From the IMG/VR virus record IMGVR_UViG_3300049811_000501, positions 1 through 40,943 of that record: DNA of 40,943 bases. One strand, written 5' to 3'. This stretch comes from a virus. Taxonomy: Duplodnaviria > Caudoviricetes. Positions 8,922-17,724 of this stretch are shown piece by piece. A program made the translations under genes and the position numbers. A model generated the notes under the pieces. That model did not search any database, was not told where the DNA came from, and saw only the letters and a list, made by a program, of their open reading frames with translations. Positions within the stretch are counted from its first letter, which is position 1. Each line of letters opens with the position of its first letter.

Positions 8922-9975
8922 TTTTTAGCCTCTGTAGTGCGGTGATAACGTCGACGTGGTGTTCGTTCTGGTACTGGCGAATTCGCTCTGCTAGGCTCAC
9001 TGGCGATGAATCGCCTGCCTCTTGCCAATTGGTGACAGATTCGCCAAAGCTGACGATTTTGGGTAACTTTTTCAACCAACTTTGAAACCACTCAATTTTG
9101 CTGTGGGATTTTTCGCCCAACTGGACAGTTTCGTTTTGTAGACACACCATGAAATCCACTAGCTCATTGCGGTTGACAATCCCAGGCACCAGGCGCCCCT
9201 CGTTGTAAATGGTTTCCGCAAAATTCTCAATGTCTCTACGTTGAGCAGCTCGATCTCGCGCAGTGACACGGGCGATCGCTAATTGCAGTTCAGCCGCCAC
9301 ACTGCCGTCTGCTGGTTCAAAAATGGTTTCGATCAGTTGACGGTGCTGGGGTCTAGGGGTCGTGCGACCATCCAGCCAACTCTCAACCATTCGAGTGGAG
9401 ACACCCAACGCCTCAGCTAAACCGATCGCCTCAATGCCCGTTTCGTTCATCCGTTTTTTTAGTTGCTGACCATAGATATGGCGCGTCCTGGGACGATGAT
9501 CGGCAAACTCTGACAATCGAATGCAGCCAATTTGTCCTGAATCCCACTCACTGAGGGTCAATGGAGCTAGCCCCTTAATTGCTGGGGGGGTGCTACCCAG
9601 TGCAGCGACGTGGCGCAATGACCACGTTTTGTAGGGGTTGTTGGGATGCCCTGGGGGGTAGAGACTAGCAGAGACACTGAGCAATTGTTTGTTACGTACC
9701 CACTCCAAAAACTGTGGCGCCACTTTATCGAACAATGCCTTAACGCGGCCACGGCTATCCATCGTCAACCGTGACGGTGTGCCATAGGCTAGCTCGGATT
9801 CCACCAGTGAGTCATCGGGCACGCCTTGGGTATTGTGGCTAATGATCAGGGGTGCTCGGAATTTCCTGGGGTTATAGCTGGCGACAACCTGACGTAGTCG
9901 CTCAACAGAGAGATCCACCTTGCGCCCATCATCGCTGGTGAACTCACCTGGTCGTAGAATTTCAATTTCAAACAC
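8914..9975 (-). CDS. Mu-like prohead protease/scaffold with internal XRE-type HTH
   Basis: APLIISH, SVSASLY, LRHVAALGSTPPAIKGLAP (Mu gpI-like); LAEALGVSTRMVESWLDGRTTP (HTH). Confidence 0.85.
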   Translation of the reverse strand: MFEIEILRPGEFTSDDGRKVDLSVERLRQVVASYNPRKFRAPLIISHNTQGVPDDSLVESELAYGTPSRLTMDSRGRVKALFDKVAPQFLEWVRNKQLLSVSASLYPPGHPNNPYKTWSLRHVAALGSTPPAIKGLAPLTLSEWDSGQIGCIRLSEFADHRPRTRHIYGQQLKKRMNETGIEAIGLAEALGVSTRMVESWLDGRTTPRPQHRQLIETIFEPADGSVAAELQLAIARVTARDRAAQRRDIENFAETIYNEGRLVPGIVNRNELVDFMVCLQNETVQLGEKSHSKIEWFQSWLKKLPKIVSFGESVTNWQEAGDSSPVSLAERIRQYQNEHHVDVITALQRLKNG

Positions 9976-10087
9976 ATTCGTAAACCACTCTAGCTATAGC
10001 GTGGCCAAAATATGTGCAGCGTTTTATCTGTGGATGGCTAGAACCCTATGCTAGAGCGGCATTGCGTAAAGGTGAAAATTCTCACCT

Positions 10088-10882
10088 TTAATTTTTGACA
10101 GCCCAATCTGCCAACGCTGACGACACCAATGGACTAGCCCACTGTGCCACCAATAGCCCAATTTTCCAGTGAACATAGGTACGGCCATGACGACCACGGC
10201 TAACTCTAACCAGTGAGGCTGGAGGCTGTTTGAGTTCTCTAGCGATCGCCGTGATCACTCTGCGGTTTTTACTGGAGCGGTAGAAATCGACAAAACGTTT
10301 ATTGAACTGCTGACAGAGGGCAGTGGCATCAACAAAGTTTTCATTGACCTCCACTGGCAGGGGGTAGCTAAACTGCTGGTGTTCTCTGGCTGTTAATGCC
10401 AGTTCATCAATGTTTTTCACTGGTCGGTTCTGAAATGCAGCGCGGGCTTGGGCAACCTCGTGTCCATCAGTCAGGTTCAGATGGGCTGCGATTTGATCAT
10501 CGCTCAGGCCAGCCTCAGTCAGAGCAAGTATCTTGGTTTTGCGATCGTGCCAGCGGCGAGGGATTTTCACCAATGCCGCTCTATCCCGTAGGTATCGGTT
10601 GATTTCGCCTCGAATATAGTGGTTAGCAAACGTTGCAAATGCGGTTTTGCGGCTAGGTTCGTAGCGTTCAATGGCCATCATTAGACCAATGGTGCCCTCC
10701 TGCATCAGATCGTCAAACTGATCCGGGGGTTGGCGGTACTGGGCAACTACGGCAGTGACTAAACGGATGTTCAGTTTTAGGATGCGATCTCGAACAGCCG
10801 CCGCTCGATCTCGACGGTACGCATCAAACAACTGACTGGTTTGACTGCGAATTTCATCACTGACTGAGGTGTTCTGTGACAA
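10088..10882 (-). CDS. SigF/sigma-28-like sigma factor fused to a C-terminal KilA-N domain
   Basis: DDLMQEGTIGLMMAIERYEP...FATFA..YIRGEINRYLRD..VKIPRRW (region 2); VDATALCQQFNKR...TYVHWKIGLLVAQWASP (KilA-N). Confidence 0.8.
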   Translation of the reverse strand: MSQNTSVSDEIRSQTSQLFDAYRRDRAAAVRDRILKLNIRLVTAVVAQYRQPPDQFDDLMQEGTIGLMMAIERYEPSRKTAFATFANHYIRGEINRYLRDRAALVKIPRRWHDRKTKILALTEAGLSDDQIAAHLNLTDGHEVAQARAAFQNRPVKNIDELALTAREHQQFSYPLPVEVNENFVDATALCQQFNKRFVDFYRSSKNRRVITAIARELKQPPASLVRVSRGRHGRTYVHWKIGLLVAQWASPLVSSALADWAVKN

Positions 10883-11276
10883 GGCTCTCTATCTCCTGAA
10901 CGTCACCGTCGCTTAGTCCCAACATCGGTCGGGGCGGGATACCGCGATTTGTGCCAAACTGATGCCACCGAGACTTGACATCAGAGAAACCCACCTGCAC
11001 CGACATAGCATCAGCCATATATGAGAGTGATGCCCTCATTTTGCCAGTTTCATTTAGGATTTTGTTGTTTCGTTTTCGGGCAAGTGTGCGAGCTGATAGC
11101 GATCGCCACGGTTCACCGCTAGGCGAAACCTCACTAGCAAACCGTCGATCAGTCGATCGCTCTAGGGCTGCACCAATGTCCTCCATTAGGGGCTGTAGGT
11201 TGCGAAGGCGTCGGGCTGCCCTGTTCAACCCCTGCACAACCTGGTGATCGTCAATACTGATTTGAATCTGCGCCAT
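10857..11276 (-). CDS. Mu gpG-like virion morphogenesis protein
   Basis: RRFASEVSPSGEPWRSLS, ILNETGKMRASL, HQFG..IPPRPMLGLS; start MAQIQ. Confidence 0.88.
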   Translation of the reverse strand: MAQIQISIDDHQVVQGLNRAARRLRNLQPLMEDIGAALERSTDRRFASEVSPSGEPWRSLSARTLARKRNNKILNETGKMRASLSYMADAMSVQVGFSDVKSRWHQFGTNRGIPPRPMLGLSDGDVQEIESLVTEHLSQ

Positions 11277-11277
11277 G

Positions 11278-11970
11278 CTAAACCACTGGTGCCACAATCA
11301 ACTGCCAGCGTGACTCAGTAATGTCAGGGGTCACACCCGCTGTAATTTCATCATCCACCCACACCCACGATCTGAGGTTGTAGAACACGGCATCACCATA
11401 CTGATAGTAGACCCCAGAATTCCAGTTGCCCTGCCACACTGGACCGCCCCTCAGAGCAGCGGCATAGGTGACGTTGGTGGTGAGGATTTGTGCCAGCCGT
11501 CGCAGACTGGTATCTAAGACATCGGTGGTGACACCCGTAGGCACCAACTGATCAAACGTGGTGGCAGTGACGTTGGGGACGATCGCATGGAAATCGAGCA
11601 GCAGTGTCTCCTGCGTTTCACCCCGTCGCACCAGTTGACTCGACTCTACAGAGTGCGTATCGCCGGTGTACCACAGCCCATCAGTGTGCAAGTGGGTTGG
11701 CCCAAAATACTCGGTTCCATCCAGAAACCAGAAAAAATACACCGTCTCAGTTTGGAATAACTGGAACCAGTACGTGGTGTTGAGGGTTTCAGATTGGGGC
11801 AGATCAATACTGAGGGCGCCTGCGGTGATGGTGAATACGCGTGGAACAGCCGTCAAAATACCGGGGGGGGTGGTACTGCTGTCAACCAACGGTGCATCAA
11901 GTCGCACTCGCAAACTGGCGTTGATTGTGCTGCCACCTGAGTTTTTTATGGTTCCAGTAATAATCGTCAC
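11278..11970 (-). CDS. Virion/baseplate-associated protein with C-terminal carbohydrate-binding-like motif
   Basis: WQGNWNSGVYYQYGDAVFYN resembles CBM5/12-type repeats; in the baseplate operon. Confidence 0.5.
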   Translation of the reverse strand: MTIITGTIKNSGGSTINASLRVRLDAPLVDSSTTPPGILTAVPRVFTITAGALSIDLPQSETLNTTYWFQLFQTETVYFFWFLDGTEYFGPTHLHTDGLWYTGDTHSVESSQLVRRGETQETLLLDFHAIVPNVTATTFDQLVPTGVTTDVLDTSLRRLAQILTTNVTYAAALRGGPVWQGNWNSGVYYQYGDAVFYNLRSWVWVDDEITAGVTPDITESRWQLIVAPVV

Positions 11971-12626
11971 AGTGGATCACCTGCTGCTGAGAAATCGGCG
12001 AAAAATTGCCCCAGTGGGCTAGAGGGTGGGGTGAAAAACCACACTGGCTCACCTGCCACCGAGAAATTGGCGTAAAACTGGTCATAGCAAACACCCAGAC
12101 TCTCGGATGGCACCGTCCATATCGGGGCATACAACCGTCGCAACCGTTCTGCCAATCGCCACACCGGCGATCGCCGTGCAACACTGATAGCTAAACAAAA
12201 CCACCACACTAGCCCGTCAGTGCCTAGTCCCTCGCCAGCCGTTGAGAAGTTCGCATAGAAATCGGTGAGCGTGCGGATTTGGGCGGGGATAGACAGAACC
12301 TGAATCCAAAATTCAAAGAACGCCTTGGTCCCCTTGTTTGGCCACAGAAAATCGTAGCTGGCAGCACATAGCCTGCGTTTGGCCTCGGTTGGCCACGTCG
12401 TATCCCAGTGTTCACCGGTGAAGCCACACAACTGACCCAGCCAGTCGAGGTTATCGGGGTGGGCGGTGTCTGGGTTGAGGTAATCAGCGTAAAAATTATC
12501 GAGCCGCGTTTTAGTTGAGATGAGGTCAGAATCAGGCTGCTGAGTCAACCAATCGGCCACTTCATTCGTTTGGTAGACAACGGGCAGCCGGTCATAGATG
12601 GGGCGGGCATCCCACGGTTTAGTCAT
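11967..12626 (-). CDS. Baseplate wedge protein (P2 gpI-like)
   Basis: YDRLPVVY, LNPDTA..DNLDWLGQLCG, KGTK; follows gpJ. Confidence 0.8.
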   Translation of the reverse strand: MTKPWDARPIYDRLPVVYQTNEVADWLTQQPDSDLISTKTRLDNFYADYLNPDTAHPDNLDWLGQLCGFTGEHWDTTWPTEAKRRLCAASYDFLWPNKGTKAFFEFWIQVLSIPAQIRTLTDFYANFSTAGEGLGTDGLVWWFCLAISVARRSPVWRLAERLRRLYAPIWTVPSESLGVCYDQFYANFSVAGEPVWFFTPPSSPLGQFFADFSAAGDPL

Positions 12627-13770
12627 CGTTTTTGAACTCGTAACTGTAGATGTTGTTGCCATCACCCACTAACTCAATGTGGCATCGGTCGAGGCGTGTC
12701 ACTGACCACGGATATTGTAGGTCGTAGTTTGTGGTGCTGTTGCCGATCGCTACGGACTGGACGTAGACAACACCTGACAATTTAACGTGGTACTCAAGTT
12801 CCTTGAGAATCACACTCTGGCCTGGGGGGGTTGCTCCAGGTGCCAGATAGCCCTTGAGGTTTTCAAAAATGCGGTTGGCAACGGTTTCAGGGTTACTGAG
12901 GCTGTCAATTTTGGCGATCGCTCGGATGGTGATGTCTTCAACCACCATATTGCTAACAATGCAGCGAATGCTGATGTGGGTTCTCTGTTGTAGTTGCCCC
13001 TGTAGGTTGCTCAGTTGGGCAGTGGACAGCGGCTGGTTACTGGGATTGAGCACAAAACAATGGACAAACCCTAGGGCATAGTTGATTTTGTCTGGTGCCA
13101 AATTTCCCACAGCCAACGCCAAGGAACCCGCTCCTAACCGCGATCGGCACTCGGCCTCGTAGTCCTCCTGTGATACCAGCGATCTCCGTCGCAACGACTC
13201 AAATCCACGAGTCTTTGTTTGAGTCAGGGTCTCTGGTTCTGTGCCACCGGTGGAGGGTTGGGGGTTTTCGACACGGGCTAAAAACGCCAGCGGCTGTAGC
13301 ACCCGTGTGATCGTATTGGCAGCCAGATTGTGGCTGCTACCAGGGGCTGTGGCGGTGGCACGAATCAGTGCGGTTTGTTGGCCGGCTGGGATAGCCGTCT
13401 GACTATCAACGGCAAATTCATAACGCCCAGTGTTATCAGCGATGATGTAACCCGCTGGCACGGTGAACGGGTTGCTCAGGGTCGCAGATAGGGTGAATAG
13501 CAGTTCGACACTGGCACGGTTGCCTAGGTTCCGCAGAATCCCTGCGATTCTCAAAAATTCAATGGCCAGAGCCTCTGGCAGTAGGTTAGCGTAATACAGG
13601 AGTTCTGCTGTGGCAAACGCCTGCCCTTCAATGATCGCCCGCACTGGTGAGTGAATCGAAAAATCGTTGAGTTGACCATTAGAGGCCACGAACACCCGCT
13701 GTAGTGCCTGATTAACTAACTCGGTTTCGTTACGCGGGTCTAGTATGGGGGGAGTGAGAATCTCAAACAT
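12619..13770 (-). CDS. Baseplate J-like protein
   Basis: LNDFSIHSPVRAIIE, ATAPGSSHN, TGGTEPET, LVSQEDYE. Confidence 0.9.
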   Translation of the reverse strand: MFEILTPPILDPRNETELVNQALQRVFVASNGQLNDFSIHSPVRAIIEGQAFATAELLYYANLLPEALAIEFLRIAGILRNLGNRASVELLFTLSATLSNPFTVPAGYIIADNTGRYEFAVDSQTAIPAGQQTALIRATATAPGSSHNLAANTITRVLQPLAFLARVENPQPSTGGTEPETLTQTKTRGFESLRRRSLVSQEDYEAECRSRLGAGSLALAVGNLAPDKINYALGFVHCFVLNPSNQPLSTAQLSNLQGQLQQRTHISIRCIVSNMVVEDITIRAIAKIDSLSNPETVANRIFENLKGYLAPGATPPGQSVILKELEYHVKLSGVVYVQSVAIGNSTTNYDLQYPWSVTRLDRCHIELVGDGNNIYSYEFKNDD

Positions 13771-13795
13771 AGAAAACCTGACGCTCTAAACTACT

Positions 13796-14503
13796 ATGCC
13801 CCAGCCGCCCTATGCAGCCTCTCAGTCAAGCCCACCCCCTCAACCTGTGGATGGTCAGGCGGTGCTAAAACTGGCAGGCGATCAGTTCACGCTAGTAACA
13901 CTGTTGATTGGTTTTTGGTTTATTCGCCAAGTCGCCGCCTGGATTCAGAGTCGTATGGATATGTGGCTGTATAACGATGCTAGCCGCACTGATCAGGTAA
14001 TGGCGATCATCTCCCAACTGCTGGCCTACAGTGGTGGCGATCGCGTAGTGATTGGCCTATTCCACAACGGCGAGACATTTGTTAATGGCTGGCACTACAA
14101 GAAAATGAGCGCCGCCTTTGAGGTTACACAACCTGGCATCAGTCGCATCAGTACACGGGTTAGAAACGTACCGCTCTCTAACCTGCTAGCAGATTTCCGT
14201 CACATGCGAGACGCTGACGAGTTTTTCGCCGTGGTATCAGATGACGTGCCCAGCCCTGACTGCCGCGCTCATCTGGATACAATCGGGGTTAAAACCATGT
14301 TGAACCGGATGATCGCATGGGATGGCACAGACTACGGTATTCTCTCAATCCAGTTTGTGCAATCAGCACCCGACCAGGCTCGAATAGCAGAGATTTTGGG
14401 CGAGAAGGCAATACAAAAATTATCTGAACAGCTACGGCTGATTGTCGCAAATCGCCGCGAATCGGCCTTCATAAAATTCATTCAGACATTCAGAGCCGCC
14501 TAG
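13796..14503 (+). CDS. Membrane protein with GAF-like domain (possible T4-T-like holin)
   Basis: One N-terminal TM segment (FTLVTLLIGFWFI) followed by DRVVIGLFHNG...EVTQPGIS...YGILSIQF. Confidence 0.5.
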   Translation: MPQPPYAASQSSPPPQPVDGQAVLKLAGDQFTLVTLLIGFWFIRQVAAWIQSRMDMWLYNDASRTDQVMAIISQLLAYSGGDRVVIGLFHNGETFVNGWHYKKMSAAFEVTQPGISRISTRVRNVPLSNLLADFRHMRDADEFFAVVSDDVPSPDCRAHLDTIGVKTMLNRMIAWDGTDYGILSIQFVQSAPDQARIAEILGEKAIQKLSEQLRLIVANRRESAFIKFIQTFRAA

Positions 14504-15288
14504 GGGGGGATTGGTCCTCTGGCGAGATATTCTCTAACCACCGCCTGGAGGCGAGGGTTTAGGCGATTAATCGATTTTTCCAGTATCTCTGCCCGCTGCT
14601 GCCGATCGCTACTGCCAGGGGCATACTGAAAACCGGCCTCAGCGATCGGTACAGTTTTGTCCCCTACAGTAATTGCAGGGACACTGATCCGCTCACCTGT
14701 TGCCCGATCTAAAAACTGGCGAGGAGCGGGGGCATCCTCAACCCGCAAATTTTCAGCCCTCAACTGGCGATCGCTCAACCGAAACACCTTGCAGCGACAG
14801 TTAAACCCAGAGGGAGGGTAGCAGGTGAGCCAGAATGGATCGTCAGCCCGAAAAACTTTTAGGTGCAGTGCCAGGTGATGGGGACGGGGGGTGATTGGGT
14901 CATCGTGTACCCACTGCCAATAGGGACTACGCGCCATAACCTCAGGGTCAGTCATTTGTCGCCAACGCCCTGCACCATAGGCTGTTCTCATGTTTTGCAG
15001 CAGCACCAGTTGCGATCGCCACGGTTTCATGGGGGCATAGCCACTGCGTTGATAGAGGCTATCGAATTGCTCCTGAAACTCACTGATCAACATGCCATTT
15101 TCGACGGCCTGGGTGGTCAGGTCATAAACCGATTGCAGCAGTTGGGCACTGGTCAAACCCGCCACGGTAAACGCCCACTCCTGTGCCATGCCAGATAAAT
15201 CCGTCCATGTCTCGGTTGGCAATGGCACACGCTGCTGCAAAAACTCGATCGCCCTTTTGAACGGCAGTTCTCGGTACAGAGTATCCAC
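14500..15288 (-). CDS. MuF (Mu gp30/SPP1 gp7-like) head morphogenesis protein, short form
   Basis: AFTVAG, NMRTAYGAGRW, RPHHLALH, YPPSGFNCRC. Confidence 0.9.
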   Translation of the reverse strand: MDTLYRELPFKRAIEFLQQRVPLPTETWTDLSGMAQEWAFTVAGLTSAQLLQSVYDLTTQAVENGMLISEFQEQFDSLYQRSGYAPMKPWRSQLVLLQNMRTAYGAGRWRQMTDPEVMARSPYWQWVHDDPITPRPHHLALHLKVFRADDPFWLTCYPPSGFNCRCKVFRLSDRQLRAENLRVEDAPAPRQFLDRATGERISVPAITVGDKTVPIAEAGFQYAPGSSDRQQRAEILEKSINRLNPRLQAVVREYLARGPIPP

Positions 15289-15294
15289 GTTGTT

Positions 15295-15516
15295 TTACTG
15301 CAAGTCGTCTGGGTTGACGGGCTGAAACACCAACTCACCATCTGAGTACTGGAAGGCAAATTCCACACCATCCATAATGAACTGCCCTTTAATGCCGCTA
15401 TCATCAGCACTCATCTGGGTAATCCGTTCAACATTGCCACGGGTCGCCTGTGACTGAATCACGGCCAACATCACGGCCATTACCTGTTCACGGGTGGGGT
15501 TTTCGGGTAAATTCAT
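15295..15516 (-). CDS. Hypothetical 73-aa acidic protein between portal and MuF
   Basis: Tightly packed in the operon; resembles the C-terminal domain of 33033..34046. Confidence 0.7.
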   Translation of the reverse strand: MNLPENPTREQVMAVMLAVIQSQATRGNVERITQMSADDSGIKGQFIMDGVEFAFQYSDGELVFQPVNPDDLQ

Positions 15517-15517
15517 A

Positions 15518-17083
15518 TCAATCTCCTTCGTTGAGAACTTCGTAGCGGCCTGCTAAATGACTGGCCACCATGCCATCGTAAAGCAGTTCGTTTAACTCTA
15601 TGGTTGACAATTGGCCATATAACAGCAATAGCGCCTCCTGTAACTCCTCAAAACTAGTGGCGTTGGCCACCAGTTCGGCTAGTTGTTTTTGCCAGCGGCG
15701 CAGGGTTGGGGTCATCTGTTGCGCCGCCTGTTGGGTGTAGTCATCAGCCACGTCACGGTGCTGCCCGCGCTCGGATAGCTGAGGAGTGCTACTCCCACCA
15801 CCACCAAACAGTTGAGTGAGTGGATCGGGGCCGATCGCCTCTGGCGCAAACACAACCCCATAGGTATCGACTAGGTATTGTTTGTCCAGTTTTTCGCCAG
15901 CAATATCCGACACTGTGCGATCGCGGGTGGCGCGGCTATTCAGATCCTCCTGAGCCTCTAACTCTGGGAACTGCCGAACAATACGTGGAATAGGCACACC
16001 CTGCCCTAGGTTCAGTTCAACCACCCAGCGAAACAGCGTACTCTGGAGTGTCTCTGCTAGCAGATCAGAATCGGCTTTAGCGATGAGCAACTGCTGGTCA
16101 GATGCCACCTCATCCCGTGCCCGTGAGCCACCACCATCTGACTGATCAGTGGTGCCAGTGTTACCCAACACCAACTTAGAGATTTCGTTATCACAGAATT
16201 TAACCAAATCCTGATAGCAGTTGATACTACCGTATTTATTGGCCTCCAAAATTCTCAAAACTACTCCCTCTGGTAGGGTGATACCAGTATCAGTGGCTAG
16301 CCGTTCCACAACCTCCTGGTACGATTTCACCTGCTTGGGGCTGGTGCCCGCTGGGTACTGTAGGAGCGTCGCAGGCATGGAATATTTTTCAGTAAAAACC
16401 TGCCACCATTTGACGCCTTCACGCTTAAACCATCGAGGGTAATAGAGTTTAGAACCGAGGCCATCGCCATAGGGGCTACGGTGGCCATTATGGCAGTGAA
16501 CAATCATGCGACGGGGTGGGATAGCCTCACCCGTAAAACAGTTTTGGAGGGTCAGTAGTCTGAGTGCGTAGCCATGCTCAGTGATGGCATAGCCGAACCG
16601 GTACTGAGGGCGCAAGAGTGCCCGCTGCGGCAAGATCTGGTCACCAACTTTTTGCCAGATGATTTCAGCAACAGCAAACCCCATTAGGATTGCATCCAGT
16701 AGCCCTAGGCATAGGCCATCAAACCCTAGGCCAGTGGTTACTAGAGTCTCGGTGTCATGCTCTCGATAGCTGGCCAAATTGGCGATCGCCGCCTCAACCA
16801 ACTTGACAGCCTGCTTCGATTTGCGACTGTTGTCCCCAGGCTCTAACAACCAGTCGCGATGAATTACACCGTAATAGCGTTTGCTGAGGGTGGCACTGAT
16901 ATGAGCATCACGCTCTAGATCGCGGTACAACTGGAATCGCCGCTTACCGTGCCCACGCGATCGCAAGACTTCATCAAACTGTTCAGGGCTAACTAGCCAG
17001 CCGCCATAGCCTGACAGCAGCCCTAGGTGGGGGTCTGTCTGAATAGCAGCAACGTCGTTGTATAGGTGCTGTTTTTTTGCCAT
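15518..17083 (-). CDS. Portal protein (Mu gp29/DUF935 family)
   Basis: LERDAHISATLSKR, LLDAILMGFAVAEIIW, FTEKYSMP, CDNEISKLVLG.T.TT. Confidence 0.92.
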   Translation of the reverse strand: MAKKQHLYNDVAAIQTDPHLGLLSGYGGWLVSPEQFDEVLRSRGHGKRRFQLYRDLERDAHISATLSKRYYGVIHRDWLLEPGDNSRKSKQAVKLVEAAIANLASYREHDTETLVTTGLGFDGLCLGLLDAILMGFAVAEIIWQKVGDQILPQRALLRPQYRFGYAITEHGYALRLLTLQNCFTGEAIPPRRMIVHCHNGHRSPYGDGLGSKLYYPRWFKREGVKWWQVFTEKYSMPATLLQYPAGTSPKQVKSYQEVVERLATDTGITLPEGVVLRILEANKYGSINCYQDLVKFCDNEISKLVLGNTGTTDQSDGGGSRARDEVASDQQLLIAKADSDLLAETLQSTLFRWVVELNLGQGVPIPRIVRQFPELEAQEDLNSRATRDRTVSDIAGEKLDKQYLVDTYGVVFAPEAIGPDPLTQLFGGGGSSTPQLSERGQHRDVADDYTQQAAQQMTPTLRRWQKQLAELVANATSFEELQEALLLLYGQLSTIELNELLYDGMVASHLAGRYEVLNEGD

Positions 17084-17085
17084 AC

Positions 17086-17577
17086 CTATACAATGCCCAA
17101 ATTTTGTTTGCTCAACTTCGGAACGAATATCGCCGTACCACCCTCAAACGACTTGAGAATGTACCGGCGATTATAGAACACGCCGATTTGATGGGCGAGG
17201 CGATCGCAATCGAACCGCTCAGGCAATCCCACCAGCGTGACAGGTAAACAGCCACCCCGCAAAATGGGCTTGAGTTGCAGGTCAATGAAATTCATCAACC
17301 CCAGTTTTCGGCTGAGGTCGTCGTGTCCCACAACCGACCCAAAATCAAAGTGGGGGATGGGGTAGGAGCTAACCCGAAATTCGCATTCACTATTGTACAG
17401 ATTGGCCAAGATAGCCTGCACACGACGCGCTGGCATGGCCGTAGGGGTAGCAAACTCGGCATGATGCCAGCCATGCTGTTCTGGGGTTTCAGGGTTGTCT
17501 ACCCAGACCATCTCATGGGGCGTTGGGGCATAATGGCTGGCAGGTTTTTGACAGGTAAGGGTGTAGGTTTTAGACAT
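17086..17577 (-). CDS. Hypothetical protein (163 aa)
   Basis: ORF fills the gap upstream of the portal gene. Confidence 0.6.
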   Translation of the reverse strand: MSKTYTLTCQKPASHYAPTPHEMVWVDNPETPEQHGWHHAEFATPTAMPARRVQAILANLYNSECEFRVSSYPIPHFDFGSVVGHDDLSRKLGLMNFIDLQLKPILRGGCLPVTLVGLPERFDCDRLAHQIGVFYNRRYILKSFEGGTAIFVPKLSKQNLGIV

Positions 17578-17613
17578 GAGTTAGGTAGTAGAAAGGAGTT
17601 TTCGATAAATTAC

Positions 17614-17662
17614 TGAAAATAATGGGTCTAAAGCCCCGCTCTTTAGGGCGACGGAGTGTCAA
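17614..17662 (+). mobile_element. 49-bp IS200/IS605 remnant (fused left and right ends)
   Basis: TTAC, then TGAAAATAATGGGTCT-AAAG-CCCC hairpin, ending GGAGTGTCAA; the AAAG/TTAC pair matches the IS608 guide/target rule. Confidence 0.55.
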
Positions 17663-17724
17663 GTCAACAATTCGAGGGCAATCCGATGTTTGCCGCCGTA
17701 GTAAGTGATGAGAGGTTTAAGCAT
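17659..17724 (-). pseudogene. Truncated 5' end of a Dam-like adenine methyltransferase
   Basis: MLKPLITYYGGKHRIALELLT-stop; YxGGK motif; ends at the IS remnant. Confidence 0.65.

Noticed and set aside
17540-17577. Fourth member of the leader family (MSKTYTLTCQKP)
   Set aside because: Only loose spacing similarity and no Cys4 module; could be chance
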